The notes below the pieces were generated by a model. The model was not told where the DNA came from and searched no databases. It saw only the letters and a list, made by a program, of their open reading frames with translations. This document shows positions 1 through 11,489 of a stretch of DNA of 45,462 bases, one piece after another. The stretch lies in NCBI GenBank assembly GCA_044351865.1, contig JBILEY010000003.1, positions 1-45,462 of the forward strand, in the 5' to 3' direction. Made by a program: the position numbers and the translations under genes. The stretch's first letter is position 1. The number at the start of each line of letters is the position of its first letter. Origin of the DNA: Planctomycetota bacterium. Lineage in GTDB: Bacteria; Planctomycetota; UBA1135; UBA2386.

Positions 1-1466
1 GCCAGCTCCTGGTACTGCTCGTAGACCGGCTTGCTGCGTTCGTCGAGCGGACGCAGGCGCTCGTCGACGTCGGCGAACACCAGCGTCAGCAGCGAGTCCC
101 ACATCTGCTCGGCCGACAGCCGGCGCAGCTGCGGACCGCGGAACGTGAAGGCCGCACCCGGCGCCTGGTCCTCACCCGGGCTCTCGCGGCCGAACAGCTG
201 CGTGTGCACCAGCACGCGCTCGAACTGGCGCAGGTCGAAGTCGACGTCGACCATCAGCTTCTCGATCGCCGCCAGCAGCTCGGGGTGCACGGCCTCGGTC
301 TCCTTCTTCCAGTCGTCGACCGGATCGACGAGGCCGGTGCCGAACGTGCGCGCCCACATGCGGTTGGCGATCACCTTGGCGAACATCGGGTTCTTGCTGC
401 TGGTCATCCACTCGGCCAGCGAGGTGCGCGAATCGACCTCGGGCGTGTTCTGGCCGCGGTTGCGCGCGCGTTCGCGGTTGCCGCCGCGCGGGGCTTCGGT
501 CTTCGCCGGCGCCTTCAGCTTCGCCTTCGGGCCGAACAGCGTGTCGGCGGCGATCGGCGTGCCCGGCTTGGCGTCGTCGTACTTGTAGTCGCCCGGCAGC
601 TTCTCGACGCCGGTGCCGGTGCCGTCGAGGCCCTGGTTCATGCGCCGCACCAGCTGCAGCGCCTGCTGCCGGATGCGGTCGTCGACGTTGGCGAGTTCGG
701 TGCGCAGGCCGACGAGGTTCGGCAGTGCGTTCTCGTCGCGGTAGCGCAGGCCGCCGAAGAACGCCGCCATCTCGAAGAACTCGCGCTGCGTCCAGTGCTC
801 GAACGGATGGTTGTGGCACTGCGCGCACTCCATGCGCGTGCCGAGGAACAAGCGCAGCGCGTTCGCCATCGCGTCGTGCGGCATGTTCTTGTCGCGCATC
901 AGCATGCCGGTGGCGCCGTTGCCCTGCTGGTGGGCCGGGCCGCTGGCGGTCAGCAGTTCGCGCACCATCTGGTCGAACGGCTTGTCTTGCTGGATCGCCG
1001 TGCGCAGGTAGTGGGCGTAGGGCTCGCCGCTCAGGTCCTGCTGGCGCGACTTCACGCGCAGCAGGTCGAACCAGTAGTTGGCGAAGTGGCTGGTGCGGCC
1101 CGGCAGGTTCAGCAGCAGGTCGACCAGCGTGTGGCGCTTGTCGGGGCTCTGGTCGGCGAGGAAGCGCTCGGTCTCGTCGAGGTTCGGGATGCGGCCGACG
1201 ATCGACAGGTAGGCGCGGCGCACGAACGTGGCGTCGTCGGCGGCCGGCAGCGGCGTCTCGTTGCGGCGCTGCAGCCCGCGCTCGAGCAGCTGGTCGAGGC
1301 GCTTGCTGTCCTCCAGCACCTTCGCCAGTGGGCGCACCGTGTCGACGAGGCGCGCCGGGCGCTGTGGATTGCTGGCCGCGGTCTGGGCGTGGGCGCTGTC
1401 GGCGAGGGTGGCAGCGAAGACGGACGAAGCGACGAAGACGACGATGCTGCGGAGCGTTCGTTTCAT
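1..1466 (-). CDS. DUF1549/DUF1553 (PSCyt2/PSD1) planctomycete-type exported protein, 3' end outside the window
   Basis: Absent from the ORF track because it is open at the window edge. Hand translation from ATG 1466 gives signal-like MKRTLRSIVVFVASSVFAATLADSAHAQ, then AADDATFVRRAYLSIVGRIP and FLGTRMECAQCHNHPFEHWTQREFFEMAAFF (DUF1549, CxxCH). It continues NPMFAKVIANRMWARTFGTGLVDPVDD...HPELL...RRLSAEQMWDSL (DUF1553). Confidence 0.9.
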   Translation of the reverse strand, partial: MKRTLRSIVVFVASSVFAATLADSAHAQTAASNPQRPARLVDTVRPLAKVLEDSKRLDQLLERGLQRRNETPLPAADDATFVRRAYLSIVGRIPNLDETERFLADQSPDKRHTLVDLLLNLPGRTSHFANYWFDLLRVKSRQQDLSGEPYAHYLRTAIQQDKPFDQMVRELLTASGPAHQQGNGATGMLMRDKNMPHDAMANALRLFLGTRMECAQCHNHPFEHWTQREFFEMAAFFGGLRYRDENALPNLVGLRTELANVDDRIRQQALQLVRRMNQGLDGTGTGVEKLPGDYKYDDAKPGTPIAADTLFGPKAKLKAPAKTEAPRGGNRERARNRGQNTPEVDSRTSLAEWMTSSKNPMFAKVIANRMWARTFGTGLVDPVDDWKKETEAVHPELLAAIEKLMVDVDFDLRQFERVLVHTQLFGRESPGEDQAPGAAFTFRGPQLRRLSAEQMWDSLLTLVFADVDERLRPLDERSKPVYEQYQEL

Positions 1467-1606
1467 GGGACGAGCGTCGGGTGGCCGGCGCGAGGGTGCA
1501 TTGAACGGTCTCCACCGGCAATCGGCCACCGGGGGACCACAACTTGCTGGCCTTCGCGTCCCGGTGCGAGCCGCGGGCGACGCTGCCGCCGCGCGGGCAG
1601 GCGGCT

Positions 1607-4600
1607 TCAGCCGGCGGTCCGGCGGCGCAGCATCGCCCGCACCACGCCACCCTGCGGCAGGTCGACGATCGGCACCCCGCGCGGCCGGCGCAGCTGGATC
1701 TGCTCGGCGGGCAACTCGGGTGCCGCGCGGCGCAGTGCGGCCACCACGGCGCCCAGGCGCTTCTGCCCGAGCGCCACCGCCGCCGCCATCGCGCGCCGCT
1801 TCTGCAGCCGCTCGGTGTCGTCGCCGAGCATGCCGAGTGCCTGGTCCAGCGCGCGTTCGAGATCGCCGAGCTCCCGGTCGAGGCGCGCCAGCTGCTGGTG
1901 GGCCGTGCGGGCTTCGTGCGCTTTGCCGGCGTCGTAGGCGGCGACCACCGCCGGTGCCAGGCGCGCCCGGCGGTCCAGCAGGTCGACGCGGCGTTGGCGC
2001 ATCGATCCGATCGTCGCGGTGATCGCGGCCGGCGCCGGCGAGGCGAGGGCGGCGGCGCGCGCGAGGTCGCCTTCGCCGAGTTCGTGCACGAGCACCAGTT
2101 CGAGCGTCGGATCGGCGCGCAGCACCGCCAGCAGCGCCTGCGACTCCGCCGCACCCGGCAGCGGGTCGCCGGCGGCGAACGACCATTGCGCGGTGAGATC
2201 CGGCACCTTGTTGTCGCTGCCGAGCCCGATCGCCCCGGTCAACATGCCGCCGGCGCGCTTGCCAGCACTCGCCACCGCGTCGGCGATCACCGCGACCAGC
2301 GCGTCGACCACCGCCTGCGTGACCTCGCCGCGGTTCGCCGCGTGGCCGGCGATGCGCACGCGCAGCGGCAGCCGCTGTTCGTCGGACTCGTTGCGCAGCA
2401 GGAACAGCACCGTGTCGAGTGGTGCCGGCAATCGCAGGTAGGTCGAGATCGGGCCGCCCGGCGGTTCCCGCAGCGACAGCCAGGTCATCACCGTCGAGCT
2501 CTCGAGGTCGAGGCCGTCGTCGCCGCGCAGCACCAGCGTGCTGCCGTGGTCGAGCACGCCGTCGGTCAGTTCGACGCCGGCGACCTTGGCGAGGCCGCGG
2601 AACGCCGGCAGCTCGAGGGCGGTGACGTCGGTGACGATGCGCCCGATCGGGGCCGGGAACAGCTGCAACTCGCCGCGCACGCGGATCTCGTCGACCAGCG
2701 GCCGCTGTTCGGTCTCGTGCCGGTTGCTGCCGCCGAGCACGGCGGCGCCGGCGGAGCCGACGAAGCCCCTCAGCAGGGAGCTGTGCACGACGCGTTTCTC
2801 CAGCGCCACCGGGCCGCCGCGGATCGCGGCGCGGAACTGCAGCGGCAGCGGTTCGCGGAACCCGCGCGTGCTGAAGCGTTCGAGCTCCAGCTCGACGTCG
2901 GCGAACGGCAGGTGCGTCGGCGGCGTCGTGGTCTCGTCGCGCAGGTCGATCGACAGACCGGCGACCTGCAGGTCGTCGATGGCGAACTCCGGCGGGGTCG
3001 CTGGGCTCGGGGCCGGTGCTCGGGTCGGCGCTGGCGCCGCCGCGGCCGGCGTCGGTGCGGTCGTCGCCGCCGCCGTCGCCGGCGGTGCGCCGAAGCGAAC
3101 GCCGAGCAGTTCGAGGCCGGTGGCCGTGCGCGTGGCCGCGAGCTGCACGTCGTCGACGTGCACGGCGCGCAGCAGCAGGTCGCCGGAGGCCGGATCGAAC
3201 GCGCGCAGCACGACGTCGATCTCGCCGATCTTCGCCAGCGTGCGGTCGGCGGTCCGGTCGACGACGGTGACGTCGACCAGCGACAGCTCGCCGGCGAACG
3301 GGCGACCGAGGTCGAGCAGGCGCGCGTCGCGGCGCTTCAGGTCGACGCGGCCGTGCAGCGTCGCGGTCGCCGCGAGGTCGTCGGTGGTTCCCTGCACGGG
3401 CGCCGCCAGCGAGGGCAGCACCGCCGCCACCTGGGCTGGGGCGAAGCCGCCGAGGCGCAGCGTGCCATCGACCGTCGGCGCCACCGCGTACGGTTCGATC
3501 GTCAGCTCGGCGGCGAGTTCGCGCCACAACGGCGCGGCGGTGGCCGTCAGCGACACGCGCAGCGGCGACGGGGCGTCGAGCCGGGCTTGGAACGCTTCGG
3601 CGCGCAGCGCGCCGGTCAGCACCAGGGGTTCGCCGTCGACGGCCCGGCGGTCGCGCACGACCAGGCGTTCGAGTTCGAAGCTGGCGCCGTCGAGCTGCAC
3701 CAGCGGCAGGCGCACGGCGGTGGAGGCTGCCGGCACGGCCCCAGGTGCCGGTGCCGGTGCCGCACTGCCGGTCACCGGGGCTGGCTTCGCCGGCGGCGGG
3801 CTGGCGCGGGCGGACGGTGCCACCAGCAGCAGGCCGGCCAGGTGGGTGCCGTCGCCGGTCAGCGTGCACAAGCCGCGCAAGCCGCGCGCCGTCAGCTGGC
3901 CAAGGTGCAGTCGCTCGCGGCCGACGCTCGGCATCGGCAACGACAGCTGGTCGAGCGCCAGCAGTTCTTCGCCGCGGTCGAGCAGGCGCAGCGCCGACAG
4001 CTCGCAGCGCACGCCCGCGTCGGTTGCGGCGTTGTCCGCCGGGATCGTCGCGGCCGGGATCGCCGCGGCATCGATCGCCACGTGGAACGAACCATCGTGC
4101 AGCGTGCAGCGCACGTCCGCCGGCAACAGGCCGGCGAGCTCGTCGCCGCGCAGGCCGTCGGCGTCGACTTCGCCGCGCACGCGCCAGTCGCGCCCCGGCC
4201 CGACGTCGGCGCGCAGGCGCAGCGAACGCACGATGCCGGCGACCTGCAGCGCCGCGGTCACCGGCACGGTGGTGGTGCCGTCGGCGGCTTTGCCGACGCT
4301 GGCGTCGAACTGCACCTGCAGCGGTTCGTCGCGCCCCGGCACGCGGCACTGCACGCTGCCGCGTTCGATCGTCAGGTCGCCGTGGCGCAGCACGGCGGCG
4401 TCGGCGCTGGGGACCTGGGTCGTGGTCGCAGACGGGTTCGTCGCCGGCGTCGTCCCGCTGGTCGTCGCCGTCGTCGCCACGGCGGCTGCCCCGCTGCTCG
4501 GCAGCGTGCGCAAGCCGAGGCCGGCGAGCGTCGCATCGTCGTTGCGCGCGACGGCGACGAACGGTTCGCCGATGCGCCAGTCGCCGAGGTCGAGGCCGCG

Positions 4601-6496
4601 CGCGTCGAGGCGCAGGCTGTCGCCGCGCAGCGAACGCACGCGCAGCAGCGGTTGCTCGCCGTCGACCAGGGCCACGTTGCTGAGGCTCGTGCGCACCAGC
4701 ACGCCGGTCGGCGCCAGCTGCACGTCGACGTCGGCCAGCAGCCGCAGGCTGCCGTTCTGCAGCGTCGGGGCGAGGCCGCTGGCTGCGAGCCACGGCGAAA
4801 GTGCGGCGGCGGTGATGCCGTCGCCGGTCAGCTGCAACGTGCTGTGCAGCGACTCCGCGGTCGGCGTCAGTTCGCCATCGAGACGCAGCGAACCGATCGC
4901 GTCGGCGAGCGCCGTGCGCAGCACGAGGCGCCCGGGCGGGGCCACGGCGCCGAGCGTCAGGGCGTCGAGCTGCAGGTCGGTGTCGCCGAGCGCCAGCGTC
5001 GCCGGCGGCGACGACGACGCATCGGTGAACTGCACTTCGGCACCGCGCCAGCTGGCGTGGCCGAGCCGCAGCCGCGGCCACGTCGGCGGCTCGAACGCTG
5101 CGGGCGCGGCCGCGGGGCTCGCGGCGGCGGTGGGTGCGGGCGCGCGGAAGCGCAGGCCGGCGAGGCCGAACGCGCCGTCGGCGGTGCGCAGCAGGGCGAG
5201 GCGCGGACCGTCGAGTGCGAGTTCGCCGAGGTTGATGCCGTCGGCGCCGTGGCGCAGGTCGCGCACGCGCACCAACGCCAGGTCGCAGCGTTCGTCGTTG
5301 CCTTGCAGGCGCACGTCGGCGAGTTCGGCGGTGATCGCGTCGCCGAGCTCGGCGTCGAAGCGCAGCGCCGCGTCGAGGCCCGACGCCGGCCAGTCGAGGC
5401 CGCGCGCGGCCAGCGCCGGCAGCAATCGCACCGGCCGCAGCCCGGTGACCTCGAGCGCGCCACGGACGGCGGTGCTGGCGTCGCCGAGCGTCACCGCGGC
5501 GTCGCGCAGCGCCAACGTGCGCAGCAGCTCCGGGGCGGTGAAGTCGACGTGCAGCGGCAGCTCGAGTCCGTTCGCCACCGCGCGGCTCGGCCCGACGCTG
5601 GCCTCGAGGCGCAGGCGCTGCAGCTCGTCGGCCAGCACTTCGAACTGCAGGCCGCCGGCGAGGGCCGGCTGCCGCGGCGTCGCCGGCGAGGTGGTGCCGG
5701 TGGCGGTGCCGTGCAGGGTGACCGCGATCGTGCGCACGTCGGCGAAGCCGGCGGCGACGTCGGGCGGCAGCGGCAGGCCGGCCGGGCGCACGCCGGTCAA
5801 CGCCCCGTCGATCTGCAGTTCGATCGTGGTCGCGGTGTTCTTCGTCGTCAGCGTCAGCCAGGCGTCGTCGAACCAGCGCGGGCTGTGCAGGCGCACCGCG
5901 ACTTCGCCGGTGCGGTCGGCGACGCCGACGTCGCGCGCGCGCACGTCGACGGTGCCTTCGTAGAGCCGGGCGTGACCGGGTGTGCGGTCGTCGAAGCGCA
6001 CGTGCACGTCGTGCAGGCGCACGCTGGCGAGCGCGAACGGCAGGTCGAAACGCACCGGTGCGGTCGGGTCCGCGGCCGCAGGGGTCGGTGCCGCGATGTG
6101 CACGGCCGCTGGTTCGAGCCACGCGCGCGGCAGCAGCAGGGTGCCGTCGGCTTCGCGGCGCACCTGCACTTCGGCGCCGGCCAGCTCGGCGTCGTCGACG
6201 ACGAGGCGGCCGCTCAACAGGTCGACGGCGGCGAGGTCGACGGCGAGGGCCTTGGCCAGCAACAGCGGCGGCGCCTCGGGCGCATCGGCGGTGCGCACGA
6301 CGACCTGCTCGGCGCGGAACGACGCACCGAGCAGCGACAACGACGCGCTGCCGATGTCGACGTGCAGGCCGGCGAAGCCGGCGCCAAAGCGCAGCAGCGG
6401 CACCAGGAACAGCGCCAGCAGCACGCGCGCGACGATGGCCGCGAGCACGAGGCGCCAGGTCCAGCGGCGCAGGCGCGAACGCTTCGGGGCGCTCAT
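1607..6496 (-). CDS. Large DUF748/AsmA-like beta-rich repeat protein with N-terminal membrane anchor and C-terminal OmpA-like region
   Basis: 1629 aa with an N-terminal basic+hydrophobic anchor. It has five recurring modules (e.g. LVVDDAELAGAEVQVRREADGTL, INLGELALDGPRLALLRTADGAFGLAGL) separated by Ala/Pro/Thr linkers. The C-terminus has PLDTVLFLLRNESDEQRLPLRV and ALGQKRLGAVVAAL segments like DUF748-family C-termini. Confidence 0.7.
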   Translation of the reverse strand: MSAPKRSRLRRWTWRLVLAAIVARVLLALFLVPLLRFGAGFAGLHVDIGSASLSLLGASFRAEQVVVRTADAPEAPPLLLAKALAVDLAAVDLLSGRLVVDDAELAGAEVQVRREADGTLLLPRAWLEPAAVHIAAPTPAAADPTAPVRFDLPFALASVRLHDVHVRFDDRTPGHARLYEGTVDVRARDVGVADRTGEVAVRLHSPRWFDDAWLTLTTKNTATTIELQIDGALTGVRPAGLPLPPDVAAGFADVRTIAVTLHGTATGTTSPATPRQPALAGGLQFEVLADELQRLRLEASVGPSRAVANGLELPLHVDFTAPELLRTLALRDAAVTLGDASTAVRGALEVTGLRPVRLLPALAARGLDWPASGLDAALRFDAELGDAITAELADVRLQGNDERCDLALVRVRDLRHGADGINLGELALDGPRLALLRTADGAFGLAGLRFRAPAPTAAASPAAAPAAFEPPTWPRLRLGHASWRGAEVQFTDASSSPPATLALGDTDLQLDALTLGAVAPPGRLVLRTALADAIGSLRLDGELTPTAESLHSTLQLTGDGITAAALSPWLAASGLAPTLQNGSLRLLADVDVQLAPTGVLVRTSLSNVALVDGEQPLLRVRSLRGDSLRLDARGLDLGDWRIGEPFVAVARNDDATLAGLGLRTLPSSGAAAVATTATTSGTTPATNPSATTTQVPSADAAVLRHGDLTIERGSVQCRVPGRDEPLQVQFDASVGKAADGTTTVPVTAALQVAGIVRSLRLRADVGPGRDWRVRGEVDADGLRGDELAGLLPADVRCTLHDGSFHVAIDAAAIPAATIPADNAATDAGVRCELSALRLLDRGEELLALDQLSLPMPSVGRERLHLGQLTARGLRGLCTLTGDGTHLAGLLLVAPSARASPPPAKPAPVTGSAAPAPAPGAVPAASTAVRLPLVQLDGASFELERLVVRDRRAVDGEPLVLTGALRAEAFQARLDAPSPLRVSLTATAAPLWRELAAELTIEPYAVAPTVDGTLRLGGFAPAQVAAVLPSLAAPVQGTTDDLAATATLHGRVDLKRRDARLLDLGRPFAGELSLVDVTVVDRTADRTLAKIGEIDVVLRAFDPASGDLLLRAVHVDDVQLAATRTATGLELLGVRFGAPPATAAATTAPTPAAAAPAPTRAPAPSPATPPEFAIDDLQVAGLSIDLRDETTTPPTHLPFADVELELERFSTRGFREPLPLQFRAAIRGGPVALEKRVVHSSLLRGFVGSAGAAVLGGSNRHETEQRPLVDEIRVRGELQLFPAPIGRIVTDVTALELPAFRGLAKVAGVELTDGVLDHGSTLVLRGDDGLDLESSTVMTWLSLREPPGGPISTYLRLPAPLDTVLFLLRNESDEQRLPLRVRIAGHAANRGEVTQAVVDALVAVIADAVASAGKRAGGMLTGAIGLGSDNKVPDLTAQWSFAAGDPLPGAAESQALLAVLRADPTLELVLVHELGEGDLARAAALASPAPAAITATIGSMRQRRVDLLDRRARLAPAVVAAYDAGKAHEARTAHQQLARLDRELGDLERALDQALGMLGDDTERLQKRRAMAAAVALGQKRLGAVVAALRRAAPELPAEQIQLRRPRGVPIVDLPQGGVVRAMLRRRTAG

Positions 6497-7800
6497 CGTC
6501 CGCCTCCGCCGTTCGCGCGGCCGGTGTCGCCGTCAGGGCCGCCGGCGTCGCCGGTCGGGCCGCCGGCGTCCGCTGCCTGCAGCAGGCAGCGGCGCAGCAC
6601 GGCGCGGCGTTCCTTCGCCGGGCCGAGTGGATCGAATCCTTCGAGCGCACCGCCGTGCGTGCCGAGCCAGTCGTGCGCGCGCACGCGCACCGCGGCGCTG
6701 CGGTCGTCGAGGGCGGCGAGGTTCTCTTCCCGCAGCGCGCGCGCGAACGCGTCGCAGTCGGGGCTGTGCTGCAGCATGCGCCGCAGTTCGGCCGTGTCGT
6801 CGCAGCCGGCACCGAGCTGGCGGCGCAGTGCTGCCAGCAGGCCCGGCGGCAGGTCGTCGCGATCGAGGCGCGGCAGCAGGGAGCCGAGCAGGGCGCCTTC
6901 GACGCGGTGCGGCAGCGCGCGTTCGTCGACGGTCAGCGCGGCGAGTGCCGCCGTCGCCTCGACCAGTGCGCGTTCGTCGGCGGCGAGCAGCAGGTCGATG
7001 CAGCGCGGCAGCCCGCTGCTGCGGGCGACCGCCAGCAGCGCCGGCCGGCGGTTGTGTTCGCCGATCGCGGCGAGGGCGAACTGCCACACCGGCGGGGCCT
7101 CGGCCACCGTGGTCGGCGCCGGGGCTGCGGCCATGGCGGCGGCGACGTCGTCGGCGGTGGCGGGGGCGCCGACCTGCAGCAGCACGGCCACGCCGCTCGG
7201 GCTCGCCGGTTCGTCCGGCACGAACAGCACGGCCGCTTCGTCGTTGGCCAGCGCGCCGGCGAGGGCGATCTCCTGCCGCGGTGCGTCGCCGGCGTCACTG
7301 GGCACGATGCGCACGGCCATGCCGTCGGCGGTCGCCAGCAGGCGCAGCGTCGGCGACGTCGGCGCCCAGCGCACGTCGGTGGCGAAGCGGGGCGCGCTCA
7401 CGGCGGTGGCGGCACCGACTTCGCGTTCGTCGTCGGCGCGTTGGCGCTCGGGGCCGTCCGCGAGCCATGCGGCCAGCGCGTCGCCGCGGGCCCACAAGCA
7501 GTCGGCGGCCAGCACCGACGCGCCGCGGAACGGGGCGCCGCGTTCGCTGCGGATCGCGCTCGCGGCCACGTCGACGGACACACCCGGCGGCGGCGTGCGC
7601 AGCCGGCGGATCGCCACGCGGACGATCCGGGCCGCTGGTTCCGCCGCGGTCGCGGCCTGGTCGGGCGCCACCAGCAGGCGGTAGGCGATCTGCGGCGCGA
7701 TCGGGGTCGGGTCGAGCGGCGGTGGGGCGGTGCGGCAGGCCGGAGCCATGAGGCACGCGGCGAGCGCGCCGCCGACGAGCAGGGGGCGAGAACGGAACAC
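6493..7800 (-). CDS. Hypothetical probable lipoprotein with helical (HEAT-like) C-terminal part
   Basis: GTG start; MFRSRPLLVGGALAACLMAPAC has a basic N-region, hydrophobic core and Cys. Its stop overlaps the next start (ATGA at 6493-6496). C-terminal ALDDRSAAVRVRAHDWL is HEAT-like. Confidence 0.65.
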   Translation of the reverse strand: MFRSRPLLVGGALAACLMAPACRTAPPPLDPTPIAPQIAYRLLVAPDQAATAAEPAARIVRVAIRRLRTPPPGVSVDVAASAIRSERGAPFRGASVLAADCLWARGDALAAWLADGPERQRADDEREVGAATAVSAPRFATDVRWAPTSPTLRLLATADGMAVRIVPSDAGDAPRQEIALAGALANDEAAVLFVPDEPASPSGVAVLLQVGAPATADDVAAAMAAAPAPTTVAEAPPVWQFALAAIGEHNRRPALLAVARSSGLPRCIDLLLAADERALVEATAALAALTVDERALPHRVEGALLGSLLPRLDRDDLPPGLLAALRRQLGAGCDDTAELRRMLQHSPDCDAFARALREENLAALDDRSAAVRVRAHDWLGTHGGALEGFDPLGPAKERRAVLRRCLLQAADAGGPTGDAGGPDGDTGRANGGGGR

Positions 7801-7884
7801 GCCACCAACCTACGGGCCACGGGGCGTCGGGCAACGCCGCGCTGGCAACGGTGGCAACGCGATGCGGCCAGGGCGACGTCGTCC

Positions 7885-7913
7885 TCGACTCGCGCTGCCG
7901 CACTCCCTAGTGT
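7885..7913 (+). promoter_or_regulatory. Putative sigma70-type promoter of glutamine synthetase III
   Basis: TCGACT-17 nt-TAGTGT; SD GGAGG at 7958-7962 before GTG 7968. Confidence 0.5.
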
Positions 7914-7967
7914 TGCGCGGTCGTCCGGTCGTCGTCCAACTCACCACTCACGCCTCGGGAGGTACCC

Positions 7968-10148
<2,181 letters not shown>

Positions 10149-10171
10149 CCAGGAGCGGCGGGAGTCGAAGA

Positions 10172-10192
10172 GGCGGCGCTGCATGCGCCGCC
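10172..10192. terminator. Hairpin between convergent glnN and gspF
   Basis: Perfect 8-bp stem GGCGGCGC-tgcat-GCGCCGCC; no U-tract. Confidence 0.45.
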
Positions 10193-10196
10193 GGGT

Positions 10197-11432
10197 TCAC
10201 TTCATCCGCTGCAGCTGCATCAACGGCAGCACGATCGCGATGACGATGCCGGCGACGATCGTCGCCAGCAGCACGATGATGATCGGCTCCAGCACGCTGG
10301 TCAGCTTCTGCGTCGCCAGGTCGACTTCTTCGTCGTAGCTGCTGGCGATGCGCTCGAGCATCTCCTCGAGGTTGCCGGCCTGTTCGCCGACGCCGACCAT
10401 GTAGCTGACCGTCGGCGGGAACACGCCCGCCATCTTCATGGGCGTCGCCAGGTCGGTGCCCTCGACGACGCGGTCGTGCACCATCTGCAGGGCGTTCTGC
10501 AGCACCTTGTTGTCGAGCACGGCCTTGGTGACCTGGATCGCCTGCAGCGCCGGCACGCCGGAGCGCAGCAGCGTCGACAGCGTGATCGAGAAGCGGGCCA
10601 TCGCCTGCTTCTTCATCAGGTCGCCGAACACGGGCAGGCGCAGCTTGAAGCGATCGAAGGCGAGGCGCCCCTTCTCGCTGTTGACGAACATCTGGAAGGC
10701 GACCGCGACCGCGATCAGGCCGACCAGGATCAGCGGCCAGTAGCCGACCAGGAACCTCGACGTCGTCACCAGGATCAGCGTCGGCGTCGGCAGCTCCTGG
10801 CCGCGGCCCTCGATCAGCTGGGTCACGCGCGGCACGACCGTCGTCAGCAGGATGGCGACGACGATCACGCCGACCGCGGACATGATCATCGGGTAGATCA
10901 TCGCCGCGCCGACCTTGTTCTTCAGGCGCGTCTGGGCCTGCAGGAAGCTGGCCAGGCGGACCAGCACCTTGTCGAGCGCGCCGGACGACTCGCCGGCCTT
11001 CACCATGTTGGAGTAGAGGTCGGTGAAGTAGGCGGGGTGCTGCAGCACGGCGTCGCCGAACGGCATGCCCTGCGTCACCTTCTCGCGGATGTCGCGGAAG
11101 CAGCTCTCGATCTTCTTGTCGGGCGCCTGCTCGATGATCATGCGCAGCGCCTCGGCCAGCGGGATGCCGGCCTGCAGCAGCGACGCCATCTGGCGGGTGA
11201 CGTTGGCGACCTGCTCGTTGCGCTGCTTGTTGGGGGCGTCGACGCCCGTGATGCCCTTCAGGTTGACGCCGCCAGCCTTGCGCTTGCCACCGCCGGTCTG
11301 CTCGCGGATCTCGGTGACGAAGAGCTGCTCCTTCTTCAGCTTGACGCGGGCGTCGCGCGGCGTGTCGGCATCGATGATGCCCTTCTTGACGCGCTTGTCG
11401 CCGTCGATCGCCTTGTACTCGAAGATGGGCAC
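10197..11432 (-). CDS. gspF: Type II secretion inner-membrane platform protein GspF (PilC family)
   Basis: MPIFEYKAID...GIIDADTPRDAR, TRQMASLLQAGIPLAEAL, MVKAGESSGALDKVL, AMIYP, VGEQAGNLEEML, LEPIII; two T2SSF domains. Confidence 0.93.
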   Translation of the reverse strand: MPIFEYKAIDGDKRVKKGIIDADTPRDARVKLKKEQLFVTEIREQTGGGKRKAGGVNLKGITGVDAPNKQRNEQVANVTRQMASLLQAGIPLAEALRMIIEQAPDKKIESCFRDIREKVTQGMPFGDAVLQHPAYFTDLYSNMVKAGESSGALDKVLVRLASFLQAQTRLKNKVGAAMIYPMIMSAVGVIVVAILLTTVVPRVTQLIEGRGQELPTPTLILVTTSRFLVGYWPLILVGLIAVAVAFQMFVNSEKGRLAFDRFKLRLPVFGDLMKKQAMARFSITLSTLLRSGVPALQAIQVTKAVLDNKVLQNALQMVHDRVVEGTDLATPMKMAGVFPPTVSYMVGVGEQAGNLEEMLERIASSYDEEVDLATQKLTSVLEPIIIVLLATIVAGIVIAIVLPLMQLQRMK

Positions 11433-11489
11433 GGTCGTTCTCGTCGCGGGAGGTCGGGGGCGGGGCGGGTGTTCAGGTCGCGGCGGGCG

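Noticed and set aside
172-2154. 660-aa minus-strand ORF in the track
   Set aside because: Wrong frame; the real gene is the DUF1549/DUF1553 frame starting at 1466 and running off the window.
1544-7684. 2046-aa + strand ORF (also 2538-5963, 10476-13376, 13250-15766, 30556-34095 and similar)
   Set aside because: Antisense shadows of well-supported minus-strand genes; Arg/Gly/Ala-rich with no motifs, as expected from stop-codon scarcity at high GC.
7830-7865. Sigma54 promoter upstream of glnN (three GGCAACG repeats); also TGGCAC at 35371 and at 41098-41122 on the minus strand
   Set aside because: None has the required GG-N10-GC spacing.
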